Shown here: positions 36,886 through 44,761 of the stretch, in pieces
Numbering within the stretch: position 1 is the first letter of the stretch
Layout: each line of letters opens with the position of its first letter
From: an uncultured Anaerolineaceae bacterium
Lineage (GTDB): Bacteria; Chloroflexota; Anaerolineae; Anaerolineales; Villigracilaceae
Length of the DNA stretch: 64,000 bases
NCBI GenBank assembly: GCA_964505165.1
Contig: CAZDGZ010000002.1
Span: 738-64,737, forward strand
Reading direction: 5' to 3'
Made by a program: the position numbers and the translations under genes
The notes under the pieces: model-generated
What the model was told of the DNA's origin: nothing
Seen by the model: only the letters and a program-made list of their open reading frames with translations
The model's database searches: none

Positions 36886-38787
36886 TCAGGCTTCTTTGAC
36901 TTCGCCGTCAATTACATCGCCCTCATCTGCATTGTCGGGAGCGGTGTCCGCGCCGGTTTCCGGTGCGGCGGCTTGCTGCGCCTGTTGTGCGTAGAGTTGC
37001 TGGCTCAACGCGTGGAAGGCATTTTGCAAGTCCTCGGTGGCTTTGCGAATCGCCGCTGCGTCTTCGCCTTCGCCTGCTTTCTTGAGGGCGTCCATCTTCG
37101 CTTCGATGTCCTTGCGATCCGATTCGGAAACTTTGTCTCCCAGTTCGCGGAGGGTCTTTTCAGTTTGGTAAACCAACTGGTCGGCGGTGTTGCGCAAGTC
37201 AATGAGTTCGCGGCGTTTCTTGTCTTCCGCTTCGTGTTTGCGGGCTTCCGCGACCATGCGGTCAATTTCTTCTTTGTTCAAGTTGGTCGAGGCCGTGATT
37301 GTCACCTTCTGCTCTTTGCCGGTGGCTTTGTCTTTCGCGGTGACGTTCAAGATGCCATTCGCGTCAATGTCGAAAGTCACTTCGATTTGCGGGATGCCGC
37401 GCGGCGCAGGCGGGATTCCGTCGAGGCGGAAGCGGCCGAGGGACATATTATCCGCTGCCATCGGGCGCTCGCCCTGAAGGACATGGATATCTACCGCTGT
37501 CTGGTTGTCTGCCGCCGTCGAGAAGACTTCCGTCTTTCGGACGGGGATGGTGGTGTTCCGCTCGATGAGCGTCGTCATCACGCCGCCGAGGGTTTCGACG
37601 CCGAGGGAAAGCGGAGTCACGTCCAGCAGGAGGATATCTTTCACCTCGCCGGAGAGGACGCCCGCTTGAATCGCCGCGCCAATCGCGACGACTTCGTCCG
37701 GGTTCACGCCTTTGTGCGGTTCTTTGCCGCCCGTCAGCGAGCGAACCAACTCTTGAACCATCGGCATTCGCGTCGAGCCGCCGACGAGGACGACTTCGTC
37801 CAAATCCGAGGCGGTCATGCCCGCGTCTTTGAGCGCGGCGTTGAAGGGACCTTTGCAGCGTTCAATCAAATCTTCCGTCATCTGCTCGAATTTCGCCCGC
37901 GTCAGTTTCAATTGCAAGTGTTTGGGGCCCGTCGAATCCGCTGTGATGTAGGGGAGGTTGATTTCCGTTTCCATCACGGTCGAAAGTTCGATTTTCGCTT
38001 TTTCTGCCGCCTCGCGGAGGCGCTGCAACGCCTGACGGTCTTGACGCAAATCAATGCCTTGCGCTTTTTCGAATTCATCCGCAGCCCAGTTGACGATGCG
38101 CTGATCCCAGTCGTCGCCGCCGAGATGCGTGTCGCCGTTGGTGGCTTTCACCTCGATGACGCCTTCTCCAACCTCGAGAATCGAAACGTCGAACGTACCG
38201 CCGCCGAGGTCAAAGACCAGAATGGTTTCGTCTTTCTTCTTATCCAATCCATAAGCCAACGCAGAGGCCGTCGGCTCGTTGATGATGCGAAGCACTTCCA
38301 GCCCCGCGATTTTTCCCGCGTCTTTCGTCGCCTGACGTTGGCTGTCGTTGAAATACGCGGGGACGGTGATGACGGCTTGCGTTACCGGCTGTCCGAGATA
38401 GGCTTCGGCGTCGCTTTTGAGTTTCGCCAAAATCATCGCCGAAATTTCCTGCGGGCTGTATTCCTTGTCCGTCACAGGAATTTTCACACGAACATCGCCC
38501 GCGGGTCCTTCAACGACCTTATACGGCACCATCTTGCGTTCTTCTTCGGTTTCGTCATAATGACGCCCGATGAATCGCTTGATGGAATAAATCGTATTTT
38601 CCGAGTTGATGACCGCCTGTCGTTTGGCAGTTTGCCCAACCAGACGTTCTCCGTTTTTATTGAACGCGACAACAGAAGGGCAAAGACGTCCGCCCTCCGC
38701 CGTTGTGATAACGGTCGGCTGACCGCCTTCCATCACTGCCACGACACTATTGGTCGTCCCCAAGTCAATCCCAATGATTTTTCCCAT
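36886..38787 (-). CDS. dnaK: Molecular chaperone DnaK (Hsp70)
   Basis: [22 protein letters not shown]..., [12 protein letters not shown] and [10 protein letters not shown]. 633 aa. Confidence 0.98.
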   Translation of the reverse strand: MGKIIGIDLGTTNSVVAVMEGGQPTVITTAEGGRLCPSVVAFNKNGERLVGQTAKRQAVINSENTIYSIKRFIGRHYDETEEERKMVPYKVVEGPAGDVRVKIPVTDKEYSPQEISAMILAKLKSDAEAYLGQPVTQAVITVPAYFNDSQRQATKDAGKIAGLEVLRIINEPTASALAYGLDKKKDETILVFDLGGGTFDVSILEVGEGVIEVKATNGDTHLGGDDWDQRIVNWAADEFEKAQGIDLRQDRQALQRLREAAEKAKIELSTVMETEINLPYITADSTGPKHLQLKLTRAKFEQMTEDLIERCKGPFNAALKDAGMTASDLDEVVLVGGSTRMPMVQELVRSLTGGKEPHKGVNPDEVVAIGAAIQAGVLSGEVKDILLLDVTPLSLGVETLGGVMTTLIERNTTIPVRKTEVFSTAADNQTAVDIHVLQGERPMAADNMSLGRFRLDGIPPAPRGIPQIEVTFDIDANGILNVTAKDKATGKEQKVTITASTNLNKEEIDRMVAEARKHEAEDKKRRELIDLRNTADQLVYQTEKTLRELGDKVSESDRKDIEAKMDALKKAGEGEDAAAIRKATEDLQNAFHALSQQLYAQQAQQAAAPETGADTAPDNADEGDVIDGEVKEA

Positions 38788-38899
38788 TGTTCTTTCTCCT
38801 CATCAAGAATTTCTATACCTGTGTTTCGTTTGGAGTTGCGCCCATCTTCCGAAAAGATTTTTCTATGAGAACATCTCCAATACGAGAGAATCACAAAAA

Positions 38900-38924
38900 A
38901 GTAGACCGGTTGAACCAGTCTGCT
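38900..38924. promoter_or_regulatory. Imperfect 10-bp inverted repeat upstream of dnaK (candidate heat-shock operator)
   Basis: AGTAGACCGG-TTGAA-CCAGTCTGCT (8 of 10 positions complementary), about 115-135 nt upstream of the dnaK ATG. One half reads TTAGCAGAC on the minus strand, reminiscent of the CIRCE half-site TTAGCACTC. Confidence 0.3.
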
Positions 38925-38939
38925 AAAGGATACCCAAGA

Positions 38940-39430
38940 GATGCAAGAATCTTGTTAACGGAATATAGGAAAATTGTTGTGCAAGGGATTTTCTTTTTTT
39001 ATGTATACATAGAAAGAGGATTCGTAATCTTAGTAGGGGCTGTGAGGAATGTGGAAAACTTTTTGTGACGATTGATTTCTCCGTAGATGCACGGAGGCGT
39101 GATTTTTCTTCCCCCATATATACGGGGAGGGAGGTCTCTTCCCGTAAGGATAAAAATGTGGATGTCTTCGGGAGAAAAACGCGCCTTTTTCCACGAAAAT
39201 CCCCGCTTCTCCATATATTCGGCTGCCTTGCTCCTCTTGCCCAGATATGGGGGATATGAGGCTCGCGGTTTTTCCCCGTTTTTCCGCAAAAGGGAGGAGT
39301 TTTCCACAAGCGAGAAAGGTTATCCACAGTATTCGCGGGGTTATCCACAGCCTGCAAGAAAACGGGCGGAAGAGGGGAGTCCCTCTATCCCCCATATGTG
39401 GGATTTTCAATCGAGAAGTGTGGAGATATC
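38940..39430. other. Candidate replication origin (oriC-like DnaA-box cluster plus AT-rich element)
   Basis: Perfect TTATCCACA at 39320-39328 and 39341-39349. One-mismatch boxes at 39300-39308 and 39050-39058 (inverted). At least five two-mismatch boxes. GGGC plus in-register NAN triplets at 39010-39036. AT-rich tract at about 38945-39020. No credible ORF. Confidence 0.5.
39111..39397. repeat. Dispersed 9-mer CCCCCATAT (three exact copies, one degenerate)
   Basis: Exact copies at 39111-39119 (+), 39389-39397 (+) and 39245-39253 (as ATATGGGGG). A 7/9 copy TCTCCATAT lies at 39208-39216. Confidence 0.7.
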
Positions 39431-40426
39431 CAGCCCGTTCGCGGCGGCTTTGGCTTCGAGCATTTCTTCGATGTCGTCGAGGAAGGAATCTAGGGCTTGT
39501 ACGCGTTCTTGAAATCCCTCTCCGAGAAGTCCGATATCTTGCATCGCCTGAGTCCACGCGGCGGTTTTGGATTCGGGGAGAACCTTCGCGGCGAGAGTCC
39601 ATGTGCGGAGGAGCGCCCAAAGCGACGCGAGAGGCGCGTCACTTTTCAGAAACGCCTCGAATGCGTTCTGATAATAGCGTTTCCGCGCGGGATGCAGGCG
39701 CGTATCCGCGAGGGAGGATGTGGAGGCGTCGAGGAAATTTGCCTCCCATAACGGAATCCACGCGGAAAGTTGTCCCGGATCCGGCGCGGCGCTGCTTAGC
39801 ATCGCGTAGAGGCGGGCGGTGAATTCCGGTTTTCCGAGCGCTTCCGCGTGAGCGGGAAATTCCAAAAGAAGACGCCTTTCCGTGAGAAACGCGCCGTCGA
39901 GCGCGGCGACGATATTGACGGCATGGTATACGCCTTTGAAATACAGGGCGAGCGTTTCTGCATCGGGAGATGTGGCACGAGGACGGATATCCAGCCAACG
40001 CTGGCGGCTGCGATTCAGCAGACGATACGCGCGCTGGAGAGTCGGCGCGGCGTCGGTGAAGCCCGCGCGGAGACTGGCTTGTGTAAACTCGAAGAAATGT
40101 TCCGTTTCGTAGAGCAGCATGGGATCGTACAGTTCCGAGCCTAGCCAAGGGTTCTTCCGAAGCGAGCGCGGAGGGAGATAGTCCGCTTTTTCGCGGTGGA
40201 CAATATCCAGATGGATGGTCTCGCTCAGCGGCAGGATTTCTCGCCGAATCGAGGGACTTTCCGCGTGGATGAAGACCAAATCAATATCCGCCGCTTTTCC
40301 AAGAAAAGGGTCTTCTTGCAGCAGCGAGCCGGTGAGATACGCGGCGGTGATGCTCTTGTCGTTATACGCGCGTTCCTGTACGGTTTCTTTGGCTAAACGG
40401 AGTAACGTGTTTTTGGTAACTCTCAT
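39407..40426 (-). CDS. Nucleotidyltransferase-fold (Pol-beta superfamily) protein with helical C-terminal domain
   Basis: YLTGSLLQEDPFLGKAADIDLVFIH is the GS-X12-DxD minimal NTase motif, with a further acidic residue in HLDIVH. The remaining ~230 aa are helical with no recognisable family. Confidence 0.65.
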   Translation of the reverse strand: MRVTKNTLLRLAKETVQERAYNDKSITAAYLTGSLLQEDPFLGKAADIDLVFIHAESPSIRREILPLSETIHLDIVHREKADYLPPRSLRKNPWLGSELYDPMLLYETEHFFEFTQASLRAGFTDAAPTLQRAYRLLNRSRQRWLDIRPRATSPDAETLALYFKGVYHAVNIVAALDGAFLTERRLLLEFPAHAEALGKPEFTARLYAMLSSAAPDPGQLSAWIPLWEANFLDASTSSLADTRLHPARKRYYQNAFEAFLKSDAPLASLWALLRTWTLAAKVLPESKTAAWTQAMQDIGLLGEGFQERVQALDSFLDDIEEMLEAKAAANGLDISTLLD

Positions 40427-40436
40427 AGCGGCTTCC

Positions 40437-41078
40437 TTACGATGACGCGTTCATCAATCCTGGCTGGAAGGGAACGATATCCAAGGCTTCGCGGATTCGG
40501 TTTTCGATGTCGCGTAGATGCTCCGGGTTTCGGACGAAATCCAACGGGGATGTATCAATCGTCAAGACAGGGGTTTCGTCATAGGGCGAGGCGAAAAACG
40601 CCTCGTAGGCGCGGTTCAGTTCGTCAATATATGCTCTATCCATATTTCTCTCGTAGGGACGGTCTCTCAACGTGATTCGCTGCATGAGGACCTCGGTGTC
40701 TGCCCGCAGATAAACGATGAGGTCGGGGCGCGGAATTTTCTCCGCGAGCGCCTCATGTACCTGATGATAGATATCGAGTTCGTCTCCCTTCAAATTGATT
40801 CTGGCAAAAAGCGCGTCTTTGGCAAATGTATAATCGGCGAGAAGATTTTTTCCCGTTTCCAGCAATTTTGGCACGCCGCGCCGCTGCTGATGGTAGCGGC
40901 TGAGCAGGAAAAAAATCTGCGTTTGAAACGCGTACCGCTCCCTGTCCTCGTAAAAATCGGAAAGAAAAGGATTTTCCTCGAAAATTTCCAGCAATAATTC
41001 CGCATCGAAAGAAGATTGAAGCAGGCGCGCCAGCGAAGTTTTTCCAACCCCGATGACGCCTTCAATAGCAATATACAT
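40437..41078 (-). CDS. Deoxynucleoside kinase (dAK/dGK family)
   Basis: MYIAIEGVIGVGKTSLARLL P-loop, FEENPFLSDFY and QTQIFFLLSRY blocks, and LRADTEVLMQRITLRDRPYE (LID region). Confidence 0.85.
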   Translation of the reverse strand: MYIAIEGVIGVGKTSLARLLQSSFDAELLLEIFEENPFLSDFYEDRERYAFQTQIFFLLSRYHQQRRGVPKLLETGKNLLADYTFAKDALFARINLKGDELDIYHQVHEALAEKIPRPDLIVYLRADTEVLMQRITLRDRPYERNMDRAYIDELNRAYEAFFASPYDETPVLTIDTSPLDFVRNPEHLRDIENRIREALDIVPFQPGLMNASS

Positions 41079-41137
41079 AAAAGAGGCTCCTGTCTCAAGG
41101 ATAAATTAAGCATACCATAAACCCTTATAATACGGAT

Positions 41138-42151
41138 ATGACTCGCATCCTTCTTTTCCCTTATGTGACCGGACGCGGCGGAGTCCGCTCCTTCATGGAG
41201 AAATTCCGTCTCGCAGCAGAATCCCGCGGCGTCGAGGTGGTCTTCGACGAAAACGCCCCGGGAATTGATGCTGCTCTCGTTTTGGCAGGTGTGTGGCGGC
41301 TGGATGTTTTATCCCGTTTAAAGCGGCGAGGCGTTCGCATCGTTCATCGTTTGGATGGGATGAATTGGCTTCACCGTCGGCGATGGGCGGGGATACGCTA
41401 TTCTCTACGCGCGGAATATGGCAATCTCGCGCTGTCTCTTACGCGCGGGCGCTTTGCCGACAGGCTGATTTATCAGAGCGAGTTTGTCCATCAATGGTGG
41501 AATGCACGCTATGGAACGCTGGAGACGCCTTGGGTGGTCATCCACAATGGCGTGGACTTGCAGCGATATACCCCGGAGGGAAAAGAATCTCCGCCGGAAG
41601 ATTTTTTTCGCATCCTGCTGGTCGAGGGAAATCTCCAAGGCGCGCAAGGCGTCGGGTTGGGATGGGCGGTTTCGTTGTTGAAAATTCTTCAATCGAAAAA
41701 CCTGCCGGTCGAATTGACGGTCGCGGGAGGCGTGAGCGCGCGGCAGCGAGAAAAGATGAACCTCGAGTCCGTTGACTCCGTATCTTTTTTGGGATTCGTC
41801 CCGCCGGAAGACATCCCCGCACTGGATAGGTCGGCGCACCTCCTCTTTTCGGCGGATGTTCATGCCGCGTGCCCCAACGCTGTCGTAGAGGCGCTCGCGT
41901 GCGGGACGCCTGTTCTCGCGTTCGATACCGGCGCGCTTCGAGAGTTGGTGCCGAATACCGCAGGGCGTATCGTCCCCTATGGCGGCGACGCGTGGAAATT
42001 AGAGCCTCCGGACCTCCCCGCACTGGCAGATGCGGCGGAGGAAATTCTGCGAAACCAGAAGTATTTTCGAGAAGGCGCGCGCCGCCATGCGGTAGAAAAT
42101 CTGGATATCGAAACGATGACGGAGAAGTATCTGGATGTGTTGTTGGGATAA
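41138..42151 (+). CDS. Glycosyltransferase family 4 (GT-B, Glycos_transf_1)
   Basis: C-terminal FLGFVPPEDIPALDRSAHLLFSADVHAACPNAVVEALACGTPVLAF (EX7E region). TATAAT lies 6 nt upstream of the ATG. Confidence 0.85.
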   Translation: MTRILLFPYVTGRGGVRSFMEKFRLAAESRGVEVVFDENAPGIDAALVLAGVWRLDVLSRLKRRGVRIVHRLDGMNWLHRRRWAGIRYSLRAEYGNLALSLTRGRFADRLIYQSEFVHQWWNARYGTLETPWVVIHNGVDLQRYTPEGKESPPEDFFRILLVEGNLQGAQGVGLGWAVSLLKILQSKNLPVELTVAGGVSARQREKMNLESVDSVSFLGFVPPEDIPALDRSAHLLFSADVHAACPNAVVEALACGTPVLAFDTGALRELVPNTAGRIVPYGGDAWKLEPPDLPALADAAEEILRNQKYFREGARRHAVENLDIETMTEKYLDVLLG

Positions 42152-42153
42152 CT

Positions 42154-42206
42154 TTGTGGAAAACCGACGAAATCTTGTGGAGAAGCGTTTTCTTTCTGTG
42201 GAGAAG
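42154..42206. repeat. Three direct repeats TGTGGA(A/G)AA with exact 21-bp phasing (DnaA-box-like, inverted orientation)
   Basis: TTGTGGAAAAC at 42154, TTGTGGAGAAG at 42175 and CTGTGGAGAAG at 42196. The reverse complements TTTTCCACA, TTCTCCACA and TTCTCCACA are each one mismatch from TTATCCACA. They fill the 64-bp gap before ATG 42216. Confidence 0.65.
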
Positions 42207-42215
42207 TGTTGAGAG

Positions 42216-43322
42216 ATGAGTGAAAAGAGAATTTTCGCGGGGCGTTTGGGAATACAGCAGCGCGTGTTCCCTTCGTATCGCGCGCCTTTTTTCGAGATGC
42301 TCGCGCGTAGATGCGAGGGCGGCATGAATCTCTTTGCAGGCGAACCGCGCCCGGAAGAGGCTATCCGAGTTGCGGAAACACTGCGAGATGGCACGTTTGT
42401 CCCCGCAGAAAATATCCACCTCTTTCGCGGGAGAGCCTATTTGCTGTATCAGCGAAATTTTCTCTCGTGGCTTGAATCCTGGACTCCCGATGCGTTGATT
42501 GTGGAGGCGAATCCGCGATACCTCTCCACGCCGAGGGCGATTCGGTGGATGCGGCGGCGCGGTCGAATTGTCTTAGGATGGGGATTAGGCGCACCCGGCG
42601 CGCGCGGCGCTCTTCGTCCGTTTTGGACGCGTTTTCTCCGCCAATTTGACGGACTCATCGCGTATAGCCGGCGCGGTGCGGAGGAATATAAATCTTGCGG
42701 CATCCCCTCGGAGCGGGTATTCGTCGCGGCAAACGCGGTCTTGCCGCGTCCACGTTGGGGGCTGCCCACGCGGACTTTATCTCCAAATCGGCTGCATGTT
42801 GTCTATGTGGGGCGGCTGCAAGTCCGCAAGCGGCTGGATTCTCTCCTGCGAGCCTGCGCGGCGCTTCCTGAATCGCTGCGTCCCGAAGTGTGGATTGTCG
42901 GGGATGGCCCTGCCCGCGCCTCTCTGGAACGCCTCGCGGCGGAGGTGTATCCTCGAACCAAATTCTTCGGAGCGGTGTACGGGGAATCTCTGCGTCCGAT
43001 TTGGATGCACGCGGATATTTTCGTCTTGCCTGGGACGGGAGGCCTTGCGCTTCAGGAGGCGATGTCGTACGGGCTGCCGGTCATCGCCGCGCAGGGGGAC
43101 GGCACGCAGGAAGATTTAGTCCGTCCCGAAACGGGATGGCGAATCCCGCCGAACGACGAGGACGCCCTCATCGAAACCCTTCGAGAAGCCCTCGCGAACC
43201 CCACGCGTCTGCGGACGATGGGCGCGGCTGCCTACCGCCTCGTTTCGGAGGAAATCAACACGGAGAAGATGGTGGAGGTCTTCCTTCGAGCCTTGAATTT
43301 TGGGAAAGAATCTCGCGGGTAG
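42216..43322 (+). CDS. Glycosyltransferase family 4 (GT-B, Glycos_transf_1)
   Basis: VYVGRLQVRKRLDSLL...ADIFVLPGTGGLALQEAMSYGLPVIAA matches the EX7E-type retaining GT signature. Confidence 0.85.
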   Translation: MSEKRIFAGRLGIQQRVFPSYRAPFFEMLARRCEGGMNLFAGEPRPEEAIRVAETLRDGTFVPAENIHLFRGRAYLLYQRNFLSWLESWTPDALIVEANPRYLSTPRAIRWMRRRGRIVLGWGLGAPGARGALRPFWTRFLRQFDGLIAYSRRGAEEYKSCGIPSERVFVAANAVLPRPRWGLPTRTLSPNRLHVVYVGRLQVRKRLDSLLRACAALPESLRPEVWIVGDGPARASLERLAAEVYPRTKFFGAVYGESLRPIWMHADIFVLPGTGGLALQEAMSYGLPVIAAQGDGTQEDLVRPETGWRIPPNDEDALIETLREALANPTRLRTMGAAAYRLVSEEINTEKMVEVFLRALNFGKESRG

Positions 43323-43324
43323 GG

Positions 43325-44761
43325 TTACGCCGCGTTTTCTTCTACACCTTCGGGGGAGAGTTTCCGAGATATTCGCAGCACTATTGCGAGCGTGAGCCAG
43401 ATTTCCGGCTTTGCAAACGAATCTTGCATGAGAAAGAACATCATAACGGAAATCCACGAAAATATGCCCGCGATGCCGACGATGGCGTACTCTTTGCTCT
43501 GCAAGAGGCGTAGCGCTTCCCCGAAAATAAAGAGAAAGAACGCGAGGAAAATGACTGTTCCGATGAGTCCCGTTTCTGCCAACAATCGGGCGTACATATC
43601 TTTAGGGTTAGGATAATTTTTGCTCTTTGGCGTCAATTGGATTGCGATTTCCGGGACATGAGTCAACGACCAATCGGGTAAATTATCGTAGATGCGAAGC
43701 CCGCTGCATCCCAGCCCTGTGCCGAGCCAGGGGTGGTCGAGGAATATCGAAGCACTCGCCCATGTGTAGGTGATGCGCCCTCCCGTGCTGGTTTTAATGA
43801 AATACTCCGGCAAACTATCTGCCGAAACCTCCCAGAGGCGGCTTACATACTTTTGTTTTGAAAGGAAGACTGCCGAGCCGAAAAGGAACGTGACAACGAG
43901 AAGGACGATTCCCGCGCGGAGGGCGATATTTCTTCCCTTTTTTTCCGCAGAGGGACGTTGGATAAACCATTTCCACGCGTCGCGGATTCTCTTTCGTCCT
44001 GCAATGAGGAGCGTAAGAAACGCTGCCACCGCTACGATGAGCAACCCGCCGCGCGAATACGTCAACACGAGGAGAACGAGTCCGCCGAAGAGAAGAATCC
44101 ATTCTATCCACTTCTTCGAAGTCGCATATTGTTTCGAGAGAATCGAAGCGGCTAACCAAGGGAAGTACAGCATCGCGAGTTCTCCTGCCAGCCAAGAAGG
44201 TTCGAAAGCCAACCCCGATACCCTGCGCAATTTCGGCACGCCTCGTATCGAAAAGAGCCGCTGCCATGATGAAACCGTCCCTTTGGTGAGGAGCGGCGTG
44301 TAGAACGCAATGGCTTGTATCCCTCCCCATACGAGCGTCAGCGCCATCCCCGCGTAGAGCCATCGCAGAGAATAACGAAGGTCGTCCATGTCGCGGGTCA
44401 TCAGATACGCCGCGAAGAAGAACGCAAGCCCTATCCCCAGCGTGATACTGGAGCGCAGCGCGCGTCTCCAGTAGGTATTGCCTCGCACGGGGACGGGCGA
44501 GGTCAGTGCCCCGGCGGCAATTGCAAGAAGGACAATTAGGAAAAACGCGAGCAGAAGAGTAAAAGCCCCGTGTTTCGGAAAAGAAAATTCCCCGCGCAGA
44601 AGTTGGATGAGAAAAACGAAATATAGCAGCGCGAGCGGATATGCCGCCAACGGGCGCACGAAAGTTCCGTCTCCGAGAAACGGGAAATAGCGGAAACTGG
44701 TTACAGGGATGGACAGCAGAACCAATCCCCAAAGAAGGCGGGCGGCGCGTCTACTCTTCAT
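43325..44761 (-). CDS. O-antigen ligase/Wzy_C-domain polytopic membrane protein (ligase, polymerase or O-oligosaccharyltransferase)
   Basis: About 12 TM helices and a central loop typical of Wzy_C proteins (TYSRGGLLIVAVAAFL...). The start is at ATG 44761, overlapping the Wzz-like gene by 11 nt. The ORF-track extension to 45013 is an overlap artefact. Confidence 0.75.
   Translation of the reverse strand: MKSRRAARLLWGLVLLSIPVTSFRYFPFLGDGTFVRPLAAYPLALLYFVFLIQLLRGEFSFPKHGAFTLLLAFFLIVLLAIAAGALTSPVPVRGNTYWRRALRSSITLGIGLAFFFAAYLMTRDMDDLRYSLRWLYAGMALTLVWGGIQAIAFYTPLLTKGTVSSWQRLFSIRGVPKLRRVSGLAFEPSWLAGELAMLYFPWLAASILSKQYATSKKWIEWILLFGGLVLLVLTYSRGGLLIVAVAAFLTLLIAGRKRIRDAWKWFIQRPSAEKKGRNIALRAGIVLLVVTFLFGSAVFLSKQKYVSRLWEVSADSLPEYFIKTSTGGRITYTWASASIFLDHPWLGTGLGCSGLRIYDNLPDWSLTHVPEIAIQLTPKSKNYPNPKDMYARLLAETGLIGTVIFLAFFLFIFGEALRLLQSKEYAIVGIAGIFSWISVMMFFLMQDSFAKPEIWLTLAIVLRISRKLSPEGVEENAA

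Noticed and set aside
35602-38868. 1088-aa plus-strand ORF opposite dnaK and the C39/TPR gene
   Set aside because: It is a codon-aligned shadow frame like the others, and long antisense ORFs are a classic hsp70/dnaK feature. It crosses a terminator and an intergenic gap without any gene-like start context.
38788-39406. Canonical CIRCE (TTAGCACTC-N9-GAGTGCTAA) or HAIR element upstream of dnaK
   Set aside because: Neither is present. Only the imperfect dyad at 38900-38924 resembles a half-site, and that is reported separately at low confidence.
38787-39620. Several 60-196-aa ORFs in both strands of the dnaK-NTase intergenic region
   Set aside because: They have no SD or start context. They overlap each other in all frames and give odd composition. 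The DNA is better explained by DnaA boxes, repeats and an AT-rich tract.
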